Assembly: GCA_030141605.1 (NCBI GenBank)
Contig: JAQGDQ010000213.1
Span: 124,001-188,000 of the forward strand
DNA from: Tubiluchus corallicola
Lineage: Eukaryota > Animalia > Priapulida
Reading direction: 5' to 3'
Length of the DNA: 64,000 nucleotides
The notes under the pieces are model-generated. The model was not told the origin of the DNA and ran no database searches. It saw only the letters and a list, made by a program, of their open reading frames with translations. Every line of letters begins with the position of its first letter. The stretch's first letter is position 1. Positions 10,900 through 22,500 of the stretch are shown piece by piece. A program made the translations under genes and the position numbers.

Positions 10900-11620
10900 T
10901 ACTACTAGCACTTTGCAGCGCATTTTCATCTTGGAGTGTCGTTAGCCGTTTACTTTTACAGATCATCCAGTTTGGGGCAAAAATTACAGAAATGTAACAT
11001 ATTAAGGAATAAAAGATTACTATAGCGAAGATAAATGTAGAAGCATCTAACGATAATATAACTACAAGCTTCAATCCAAACTGCATTTTCTGTTACTTAT
11101 TTTCATTCAAGTGCTGCTCCTAAAATTGATTTTTCATTTACTCAGTGACTTTTTTTACTGTGCAAAGTGTTTCAGCACTTTTACCGCTCCCTTAGTTATT
11201 TTTTGTGCAATGTATGCGATAAAACCAGTTCAAGGCTTGTTCAAAAAGTTCAATGAATTATTGAATTTCGTCTTACTGTTTGATCTGAGCACGTTGATTC
11301 TTCGTGATCGTCTTGATTCGCAGATTGCTAGAAAGAAGTAAACTAGATACCACGGCCTCATGCCTGTCTTTTGTCCAGTATACTGCTCTTTCACTCCACT
11401 GGAAGTCTGAAAACTATTGCTTGAACACTTTTCGTTTCTTGGCTGCTTGAAAAACATTTTTTTGTGATATATAAGAGACTTGAAGCTCATCAACTTTGTC
11501 GGACAATATTTATAACAGAAATTGAAAAATGGCACTCATGCCACAATTAATGCATTCTGGTTGACAAATTTTGAATATAGAGGCAATGGAAAAGTATAAA
11601 GAATCTCAGGCAAAAAAGTG
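10900..11620 (-). mobile_element. Degraded CR1/L2-type LINE reverse transcriptase fragment
   Basis: Broken minus-strand frames give, in LINE order, SIASIFKI...GMSAIF, SSNSFQTSSGVKE (GVPQG-like), LNWFYRIH and IFYSLICYISVIFAPNW...RLTTLQ. Confidence 0.45.
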
Positions 11621-13071
11621 AAGGTACAAAGTTTCTAATATATATATTTCCATCTATATATATTTCTCACCATCTGATGAAACGCTCGTGTTAGTCAGTC
11701 CAATCTATCAGTGGGTGGAGTACATGTAGGCGAGCGATCCCCATATGGAGGTTGATCACACTGATCAGCTAGCCTAAGGACCAGTGAGTTTTGAAAATCA
11801 TGACCCAAAATTACCATCAAAGAGTAATCCAAAAAGCCACAAGAGGTCATCTGATAAATGGAGATCAAATGACCAAACAAAGTTAGTATAAGAACTTATT
11901 TAACAGGTACCGATTGCAGGCCAAAAAAGTCGTTGACTAAATCTAAGATGAGGAACATTTCTACTTACTTTAGCGCAGTAGCGAACATTGAAATTTTTGT
12001 TTAAAGTTTCTAGAATACTTAATTTTAACTTTAGCGTCTACGCTTTTGTTGACTAATTGTCTGATTAATTATCCACTCAACCGAAAGCTGTCAGTAATTA
12101 GATCAGTAATTGGAGACAAATTAGAGATATGTAAGAATTGAGGTTGTTTGACTTTTAAAATTTAATCTTAAGTTTTGATATTTGGAAGAGGGACAAGCAA
12201 ACCGAGAACCTTTTTAGTTAGGGTATTTCACATTCATTTTTGTTTGACTATACAAAGTGCTTTTTTAACTAATTCAATAAGCCAAGTTAACTGTGTTCTG
12301 AACAGAGAATCAACAGAAGAAAACCAGGAAGTGGTACGTTGCTAATTAATAGAAGTTGTCGTCTTACCTCTTAATAAAAAAATTAAGAAACCAGGAATGT
12401 CTTCGTCTTATTCATAGAGCTCTACGTTCGCATTTAAACTGAATTACGTATCATAAATTTCTTGTTTATATACTTCGGTCTAGATCATTGTGTATTACTA
12501 TTATTATTATTATCATCATTATGCTGGTTACCTGTTCATAATGCAATTAATTATCTACTAAAGGCCTAATATTACTACCGTTATTGTTTATGAAGTAATA
12601 AATATGAACCCTCTTTGAAGACAAATAAAGAGAGATTACGAGATGATGGTTGTAATAAACGTTATTATCTATTATTCAGCAGGTGTCAAAAGCAAATTTA
12701 TAATGTCTAGTCAATCCGACGTACTTAAACGTATATGTGAAGAACCAGCTGCTAGTTAATTACTTTCCTCATTTTCATTTCATCTCATACTTTGCAAGTT
12801 TAAATAGCCTGTTTAGTGCTATTTTAACCTGTCCTGTAACACGATAACAACCGGCGTTTCCCTGTGCACTTGTATACTACGCAAATTTTTTGCCTCGTTT
12901 GCATATTGTTTTGCCAGCTCCTGTTTCTTTGCCTCCTTTCGTTCATTTCCTTTCCTTTCCTTTCTTTTCTCCCATTTCTTTCCGCCTTTCTGTCTTTTGT
13001 TTCATGATGGTGAAAACATGCGAGAAGTGCTATATAGCCCAGCCAGAATGATCAAAGAAATTTTCAAACAG

Positions 13072-13545
13072 TAAAAGCATCCGATTTTATAGAAAACTGA
13101 GCCATGTCAGTAATGTGATTCTTTCAAATACTCGCAAGATATCTGTCATCTATCACGGTAAATGCGAGATGATGACTCAGTTGCCAAAAGGAGTAATGAG
13201 AAAATTTTGCAACTGGTGAGTTGTATGCGTGCGAGTTGTGTGAATGATGGGGGGGGGGGTGTACTGACGAAGTAAAGCCAGTGTGAATCTGACGTGGGTA
13301 CTGGCTAGACAGATATGTTTATATTATCTACCAAGTAGCACCTCATGTATTTTCCAGCTCGTATAATGGAAATTGGTAAGTTCACGTTGGCCGGTGTCAT
13401 ATGTGAGAATAAAAACATCATGGAATTATAGTTCTAAGTTTTTCTTCTTCTGAGATGCCAAAATGCTAGTTGCGCTAACAATTTGGGAAATGCATATAAG
13501 ATCTTCCTCTGAGATTCCGTCAACAAATATTGACAAGTTGTTGGA
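13072..13545 (+). pseudogene. Collapsed heme peroxidase pseudogene (relics of exon 6 and the last exon)
   Basis: 13072-13180 reads RKLSHVSNVILSNTRKISVIYHG (gene A: RKLSDGSSEALPNTRSISVDYHN). 13358-13545 reads RIMEIGKFTLAGVICENKNIMEL*F*VFL (gene A: EITEIQKVTLAGVICDNTDITEIQPSVFL). Both relics keep their AG acceptors. Confidence 0.85.
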
Positions 13546-13915
13546 TATAGAATTTAGAATAATGATTACTTCCACTATTGACAATCACAAAAGTAACTAA
13601 ATTATTCGGCTCTCGTCCTTTAAAGTTTAATTAATGTAGAATTCATTTTGCTTTTTATGTAAAAAACTGGCTGAGAAATAACTTTCACTAATATACAGCC
13701 ACATTAATTAATCGTTTGTTATAGTTCATACATATCAAACTAAATTACATAATATGCAACAGCAATTCAGACTTAAAACGGCTAAGTACTGGCTCTCTTC
13801 GTGATTACTTAACACTAGTTACAAAGTTGGATTCATTATCATGTTCTACAGACGCAACGTAGACACAGATTTCTGAGTTGACATATCAATTAGCTGTCTG
13901 ATTTAATTATTTCTG

Positions 13916-14153
13916 ATTCATTTTATTTATTATTCCGCGGCGGCAGCTGTACCTTGGCTGAAATATGTGTAAAATTTAAAATGTGTGGACATTTATTCAT
14001 TTTATTTATTATTTCGCGGCGGCAGCTCTACCTTGGCTTATATATATATGTGTAAAATATAAAATGTGTGGACATTTATTCATTTTATTTATTATTCCGC
14101 GGCGGCAGCTGTACCTTGGCAGAAATCTGTGTAAAACATAAAATGTGTGGACT
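13916..14153. repeat. Minisatellite, about 80-85 bp unit, 3 copies
   Basis: attcattttatttattatt(c/t)cgcggcggcagct.taccttggc...tgtgtaaaa.ataaaatgtgtggac occurs three times head-to-tail. Confidence 0.9.
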
Positions 14154-14940
14154 TGTTTCTTACACTGTGTGTGTTTCACTGTGGAGCTGTTATTTCTATG
14201 GGAAATCAACCAATCATAACTGTGGCATTTTCTAAATTGTAGAAGGGTATGTTCTTAGCTGTTCGTTTGTTTGAATTTCATCTCTCTTTCCTTCTTTTGT
14301 TTTGCAACGTTAGATGCTCGTAAAATTTGTCATACTTACAGTCCTTTACATGATTTATTAACTTTGAGTAGCCGCAGCTTCCACTACTGTACTTGTCAGT
14401 TTGAAAACAATTTCTTGCTAAAAAGTTTTTAAATTATTGTTATATCATAGTAATCTATAATTTTAATTCAATAATCAAACCGTGTGGAGTCATCAACTAG
14501 AGGAATCCCTAGGGACACTAGGGATTTCAACCGGAAGGGATTGGGGCCACAGATTAGTAGATTCAAACAATAGTTAGAATATTGATCTTTCTATAAACTA
14601 CAATTCTACAAATTGTACATTATGTACAGGACATCATACTATTCAGTGCTACAGATTAAACTAAAAACTACACGAGCTCCTATTTTACATCTAAAATCCA
14701 TCAAAATTTTTTTGAATTCTTACGAAATTTGTAAGAATCTGTTACAAAACCAATCCAAGTAAATGTAGAACGCTATAACGATAAGTTTGGAAAGGAAGAT
14801 GTCGTCCTAAGGTGCGGCGAGGCATTGGGGGACAAAAAGGTTGAGGAATGCTGCTTTAGGACAAACAGTTAGGAAATAATTTGTAAGTATTTATACTGGC
14901 AGGACCTAACTGTGTATAATTTTTGTGCTCTTTCTTGCAG

Positions 14941-14970
14941 TGGCAAGTAAATCAAGATGAACATTGAGAG
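14941..14970 (+). other. Extra (alternative or orphan) peroxidase start micro-exon, ATG at 14957 (MNIER)
   Basis: ttcttgcag|tggcaagtaaatcaagATGAACATTGAGAG|gtacgt is homologous to the start exons at 16576 and 36520, with the same phase-2 donor. Confidence 0.7.
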
Positions 14971-15270
14971 GTACGTTTTTCACCTAAATTAATGGGCAAA
15001 CACCTTATGATGACCTTGTTTGCAGTCGGTTGAGAAATGTTATGAGTTCCGCATATCACGGGTATTGAGTTTTTTAAATGTTTACATTTCATAAGCAAAA
15101 TGCGGTGATGCAACACACTAAAAACTTTTCTTGTCACGCTTTACTTAGAATGCATGACAACATGGAGTTTTAATATTCCAAGACCTTGCGCCCATAATAT
15201 CAGATTTATGTTTTGTTTAGTTAATTGCTTATTGATCATTATGGTTTCCCATAATTGCTGTTACGGTTTA

Positions 15271-15647
15271 TGGTAGGGTCAATTTGCTGAGAGTCAAGTT
15301 ATAGTAGGGTCAACTCCAAAAAACTTGCAAGAAATTTTTTCTTGTAATATTTAGTGCATCAAATAACATAACCAAATTAGGCCGAAATTTGTTCACTGCA
15401 AAGGGCCTAATTATGACGTCCAAATGAGCAATGTTTTTCACCATTTTTGTAGACTAAATACCCATTCATTTTCGTCAATTGACGGCCATCTTTTTTGACG
15501 TCATAATTAGGCCCTTTGCAGTGACAAAATATCGGCCTTATTTGGATAAGTTATTTTCTGGACCAAATACTACAATTGAACACCAAATATCGTTTTCTTG
15601 TATTTTTTTGAGAATAGGGCTATTTTTCCATTATATTGACCCTACTG
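15271..15647. mobile_element. MITE with long imperfect inverted repeats
   Basis: gtagggtcaa...cactgcaaagggcctaattatgacgtc is mirrored by gacgtcataattaggccctttgcagtg...ttgaccctac. Confidence 0.8.
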
Positions 15648-16575
15648 TTATGAAGCAACAAATAAGAACCCCATAAGAACTACCAGTTAAAGGTAGCATA
15701 ATTAGAAAGTGGTAGTTCCATTAAAGATTGTTATCTACAATGCTAATAACACATTTAAAGTTAGCCAAGCCAAGACTACACATTAAGGTATAAATGCACA
15801 AATCTATCATACTTTCTCCATTTTCATATGTTTTTCCTTGCTGCTTTTTTCTTACTCCTTTCTCTTTTTCCCTTTCTCCATTCGTCTTTTCTTCACCATT
15901 GCTTCCTCTCTTTCTTCCTTATTTGATATTTTGACTATTGAGTTTTTTCTTTCGTTATATGACGGGAGAGACGCGAACCTATAAAGTGAAATTTACTGAT
16001 TAAATATTTTTGCTTGATGAGAAACATGTGTTAACAGCGTTTTAAACTTTATTTGTACCTAGTCTAACGTCGTCTAAAGGGAGTGAACCTCAGTAATTTG
16101 AGTACTAATGTGAGTGCTTTCAAAAGGTCTTTAAATCTTATAGCTTCTAACACAAACGTTTGATATTTGGAAAGTTACTGAGCTGCCATTTGACAATTCA
16201 GTGATATATTCCTAGGCACCACGGGGCGTGTTTGAAACATGCTTATGGAGCTATTCACGGCATTTTGCAAGTCAATTTCAGTAAATAACTAATTATAAAT
16301 CGTGTCCTCACACTTACTGCAATCGTGTGCCAAAACGACAAAAATATCGAATTTGTTTCCCGCAACATGACAGACTTTGCATCAACCTTTTCTTCCTTCC
16401 TATATAGTTTAACATGCTGGATCAAACCGGAACAATGAAGTTTATCTTTGCCATAAGCACTTTTTGGACAAATAGCAAAATGTCAACACTATGTAAACAC
16501 TTTCAAGGGAGTGGGGGGTATTAAAGGCAAGAACCGCTTTCACGTTCTTAGTACCATAGCGGCGGATATTTCAAG

Positions 16576-19500
16576 ATGAAAAGTACAAGGTACGTCTTTC
16601 ACCAAAATTAAAGTTGGCGTCTAGCATTTGTAACGAAATTCAAAATCAATTATCATGTTGAAATAATATTATTTTGCATCATACATTTTTATAACTTTTA
16701 TTATTGGCACTCAGAGCATTATTTTTGGTTCTCAAACATTAAATGTCATCCTTGTCACTCGTTTACGTCAAGAAGGCTCTTGAATGGTAATGTGAAGGCC
16801 TCATTTGCTTCTATGATACATTTGCAACGGTATGATAGATTTGCAACAGTAAGAATGTGATTGTGTATTAGTACAAAAACTATTTATGGGCCAAAATGAG
16901 TTAAACGACGAATAAATATTAAGCTCTTAATACTTATGGAATATTGTCGGACTTAGCATTCTGGCCGAAAAAAGTCATGGTACAAACACTATTCCATTTA
17001 GACGTTACCAAGTTTTAACTTCTAAATCATATTAACGCCATGATATCCGATTATTAAAAAAGTCTTTATACATGTAATAGGATAGTATGGCCCTAATACG
17101 CATTTGTACTTAGCGACACGTAAATTTACTATATAGCAGCTTTGACTTGCCACGTGAGTACACAATAATAATATGTAATCAGATTGTGAAACATCCAGTT
17201 TTAAACGTTCTCTCTTGCCGTTTTCCAATTACGTCAAAATTTATTTTTATATTTGGTCTTCAGCAGAGCCATTTTTCTTGTTGCTTTGGGATTTTTCGTT
17301 CTTGGTACTACGTGCGCCAAGCGTAAAAGAGAGGAAATCAAAAATGCGGAACAACAGGCCGTAATTAACCTCACTCATCGCAGAAGCCAGAGCCACTTTG
17401 CTGAAAACAGGCGAGCAGGTTAGCATAAACATAGTTGCCGATGCTAGTATGAAAATTTTCTGTTCTATGTATTAAGTTGCATATTGAGCGCAATGTTAAA
17501 TGTTGACTGAGGTAGATGCAATTAATTTTTATTTCGAAATATTTACTGAATTAAACGTAGCAATTTATGTCCGTGTAATTGTTGTTGACTAGTTATTTTT
17601 ATGTACCACTAATTGTTTAATGCTTCGAAAATATTAGATGATTTTTGCCGATTAAGCATTTCTGGGTGTAAAAATTACTATTTTTATGACCCAGGCCAAA
17701 CTGCGTCGTTACTTAATGATTTATATAATGTAGAAATAGATGAGTGGAGACTTCTGAAAAACAAGGAGTTTATAAATCTGCGCACATGAGTTGGCAAGCC
17801 GAGATCACTCCTGTCCCCCTCCCCCAGACTTTCCCTCCCTTTTCGTCTGCCATTTTCTTCTTTGTATCTCTCTTGCTTTCATGTTTTCCTTCTCTTTTTT
17901 TCTCGCTCAATTTTTTGTTCTCTTAAAATTGACAAACTATTGACCCGAACAGTTTTAAGAGCAGTAGTCACGCATCTATTGGTTAGAAATGAGCTTTTGA
18001 GCTTTTTTGTGCTGTTAGCTTTTTCAATTTTTATCCGAACAGAATACGTACCATTTCTTCTAGGTGAAACGATGGAATGTCCAATGGCCAGAAAGTCAAA
18101 AAAATTTCACAAAGCTAGTCAGAAATCCAAGGAAAGGGCAGTGCTTGCTGAAATTGCCTTGGAGACCACAAGAGTGCTTGACGCAGAGTAAGTTGGCAGT
18201 CTAAATAGGACTTTGTATGATAGGGCATCACAGGCGTTAGAAGCGTGTTCTAAATAAAATTTACTATAAAAAATTATTCATCACCCGCTTTTACTGCGGG
18301 TAAATGTTGGAGACATGTTGCGAATTACAACAGCAGTACTTGCCTCACTCGGGAAAACGTAGTTATTCATGAGACATAATACGTACTTGTAACTAGAGAC
18401 AGAGTTACATTTCCTAAATATATTTTGCTCGTATTAGATGCTCTGCATTAGCTAAAATTTTGCATACAGAGCAGCAAAGCGTGATCAGCAGCTGACTTGC
18501 AAAATAATTGAAAATTCTGAATTTTAGTGGAGCAGGAGACGTTGCTGGAATAAATCTCGCCGTCACTGTTGAATGCAACCCAAGCATAGATTGTACTGAT
18601 GCTGCAAATAGCCGATACAGGTAAAACAGCCAGACAATTAAATAAAAAGGCACACAGTAGAAAAGCAGATCAATAGCAATACTCAAAATTATTTTGACTT
18701 TGGTTTTAGCCTTCTAGGAAAGAAAAATGTATTAAAGCATCAAAAATGCTAAACTGTATTGCTAACTCAGTAATAAAGCACAGAAAATAAAGAACTCTAT
18801 TTTGACAACAATGGCACAGACGCCGCTGCGTTGTTAGTCTTCTGCTTGATATTAATATACAAAGTAGCCCAGTCGTGCGAGTCGGTAAATATGTTGTAAA
18901 ATACGTCTATTACATAAATCTTCTTTAATTAAATACTTAAAACCCCAAAAATAAATGCTACATGAGAAAATACATGCATCGGCGTTTTACATTTCATATC
19001 ACATATCTTACAGTTTAATTAGATACAGACGTATAGTAGCAAAAATAACAAGTTAAATAAACCTATTGCTATTAGTGAGAATATTTTTTCAGTTGTATTC
19101 GTGACCTACACTTTTCTATGCTTAATGTAGAACCTACGATGGATCTTGTAACAATATCGACAATCCGACTTGGGGACAAGCGGTAACGACTTATCGCAGA
19201 CAATTTGCGGCTGATTACTGTGATGGAAGTAAGTTTATAAGATTAGAAACGTATAATTTGTAGCTTCTGCAGTTGTACTTTTTGTGGGATTTCACTATAA
19301 TAGCTAGGACACCAAATACTAATAATTAATTCTTTGCAATCTTCTGGCTCTAGGCAGGATTTTAAACTCATCACGGATAATTGGAAATCTCAAAGAAGCT
19401 TATCTGCTTCTTTACAGCAACAATAGGGTAAATTTATTGATAGAATAGAGGTAAATGAGTTTTTGTAAGGAATGTTCGTGAGCATGCGCGCCAGTGTCGC

Positions 19501-22500
19501 GCACATTGTTTCTAACCGACCAATTCAACGAATCGGTCGTCTTGTGGAAAATCACACATTTGCTTGCTGTCGCTGGATGTCAGCTGTTGGATTTTCGCCT
19601 ATCTGCAGCAGTAAGTATAAATGTAGCTAGGTTATCGATTAATTAAAATGAATTTGCTCGCATAAGTAACAGCATAAATTTCATCATCTGCCGGAGGCAT
19701 TTGGGTGTGACCCACCTTTTTGCCTTGCTATATTGAATGTGTTGTCATTTTAATAATTGACATCATTTTATCAACTAATTAGCCAGGTTCAGCCAATTTT
19801 ACCTTTAGGTCGGTTTTATGAACATTAGCTTACAAAATACATGTATGAACAAAATTATCTGCAAACACATTCTTAATGATACAATACATATAAATTGTAA
19901 ATTTAGTCTTACAATACCTGACATGAATCTTGTGGAAAGTTCAGCTTACACTTTAGTGGGTCACTGTCCTCTTCCTTCTCCATCGATCCCTGGACTTCCT
20001 TACTCACATTACTGCATATGTCCTCATCTGTCTCATATGTGCACACTACTGAACAGTGACACTTTTGTGACCTGCCTGAGCATTTGGCTGACAGTTGGTC
20101 TCTTGCTTGCTCATTCGGTAAGGTGTGTGATTGCCAGAGGAGGGTCTTTTGTTGGGTTTGCCAAAAATCTATTTGCTTCTAATTTATATCTGTATTCTAT
20201 AGCTTGTGATGGCTGTAGTTCAAAAATATTCTCTTGAAATTACATCATGACTTGGCAATGAGCCCTTGCGATGCGATTGTCTCATTTAAACTCCTTGTTT
20301 AGGCTGCAAGCTCGGAGCTTGTAACTAGTACCAGGCTCATAATACAGATGAGATACAAATGCTTCAATATCTTCTTCTATGTCAGATACTATCACTCTGA
20401 GGGTTACAATTTCCGAGGGAACGCAGAGAGCAAATAGAGATACAACCTTAACAGAATACTTATTTGGTGACTGCCAATATCAAATTTGTCTTTTGATCTG
20501 CTCCAGTGAATGAATAAAAGCCTGACCCATTGCAGCAACAAGCATGCACTACTGGGGCCAGTGGGATTTCACATTTTTATTTCCTATTGGAGTATTACTG
20601 TGACGAAACATGTAATTTTGCCAAGCTGATGATGATCTTAAATTTTTTGACTCTCATCTACAGTTTTTTAAATTGTAGTTCGATGATCTCAACACTACGA
20701 CTTATTATTCCCAAGAACTAATAATTCCATAATTTTATATAGCTGAGATAATATAACTTCATTCCTGCTTATTGCAATGATTAGTTTGTAACAAAGCCGT
20801 ATTGGATTTTCATAAAAATCTGAATTTTTACATTGAATTCACATTAAACAGTGTGTTTACGAAAATTAATTGATAATACATGTGTTAATTCAAATTTGAT
20901 ATATTTCAACTATTTTTCATCTTGGCTGCAATTTTTTTATTTCATATTTGCAAGTTCGCCTTTCTCAATGAGTAATGCCTTAAATTGATAAGATTATTTT
21001 TTGAATTATTCTTTTAATATTTAGCACTTATCCTAATCATCATTGATGTGAATTTTAGGCAAAGATGATCATTGACGTTTGACCCCCATTTAAAGTTATT
21101 AAACATTTAAAGAAAAATTGGTGAAAACTGTGTAAGCTGGTTGTGTTATTTAGGTGTTCTTTTGGACAATAACTATCTTGCATAAATATATAAACTATTG
21201 GCTGGTCCTGCCTTGCTGTTTGCTACCGTCTACTGGCTACTGTTAAAAGCTCATAATACTAATACAGATTTGAAATCATTGAAGCATGGGCTTTGAGTAG
21301 TGATTCACCTTTAGCCAGAGCGTTCTCTGGTTGTGTTGTGCTTGGATGATGGTATTCTTACTAGGACGCTACCATTTGAGGTAGTGCAGTCACTTAAGTT
21401 TATCACTGTATGGACGGAATGTATTTGGTGAGGTACCTTAGCGTTTCTTTATAAGAACTCAGGTTTGCACACCTTCTTACTTTGCCTAAAAGACCAATTA
21501 TTCTCTGGAGACTTTGGAACTAATGGCTAGACTCCAGATATTTATATATACGTTACTCACGCCATGTGTTATTTAATGCAGAGATCATGCCGGACCGTGT
21601 TAAAGCGGCTTATCTTGTTGTCGCTAACCAGATTGATAATTGCTAATTGATGTGTTGTTAGCTGTATTTAAATAAGTATGCAACCTTTATTTCACTGTTC
21701 TTATTTTGCCATTTACTCTACTGTCACAGAGAGGCCTGATAAGATATAAAAATGCTTGTAGCGTGTTCTGAAAGCCAGAACCACACTGGTGAGTTCCCAT
21801 CATTATTAATCATTTATTAGTGCTAAAATTCCATGATTGATCGGTGGTCTCCATCAGCCTTAACGCTCGCGTCATGAAAATTTAGGATTAACAAACCTAC
21901 AGTCACTATGTGGGTTCACATGTTATTTATACATATCAAGTAAAGTTTTGCTCAAAACCATCTTACAAACTGTTTGAATTTTACTAGTATTCTAAAAATT
22001 GTTTTATAATGGGGACAAAAAGTTCGCCACCATTTTATGTTGAGAAAAATACATTCTTCCTCAACCCTCCTGCTAAATACATTTTCTTTCTATTTTCAAA
22101 TAGTAAGTGAACCACGATGCAGAAAACTGAGCGATGGCAGTAGTGAAGCTCTTCCAAATACTCGCAGTATATCTGTTGATTATCACAACGTCACTGCTAC
22201 ATTTACCGACGATGACTCATTATTCTTGATGCAATGGGGGCAGTATTTGGACCACGATATCACCCATACACCAACTTACGACGATTTAGATGGTATGTTG
22301 CATTTTAGCATTTTGTTAAGTTAATTAGTGTTCACGGTATTACTGTATGCCTTGTAACAACTCATCCAGCAACAACACATATTTGACTTCCACCAGTCCA
22401 GGAGACTAAGGGGGACGTAAATATTTCATATAATTTATGTTGCGACAACTACAATAATCACAACCTATCCAACTTCAGGAAAGTTCTTTGAAAGGAGTAA

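Noticed and set aside
10520-10930. Candidate first exons of the VWA gene (MKMRCKVLV, MKLAQLTVV, 22-nt micro-exon)
   Set aside because: None gives a clean in-frame signal peptide, and part overlaps LINE debris.
13916-14153. Regularly spaced repeats resembling a CRISPR array
   Set aside because: Whole units repeat with no unique spacers, there are no cas genes, and the context is eukaryotic. It is a minisatellite.
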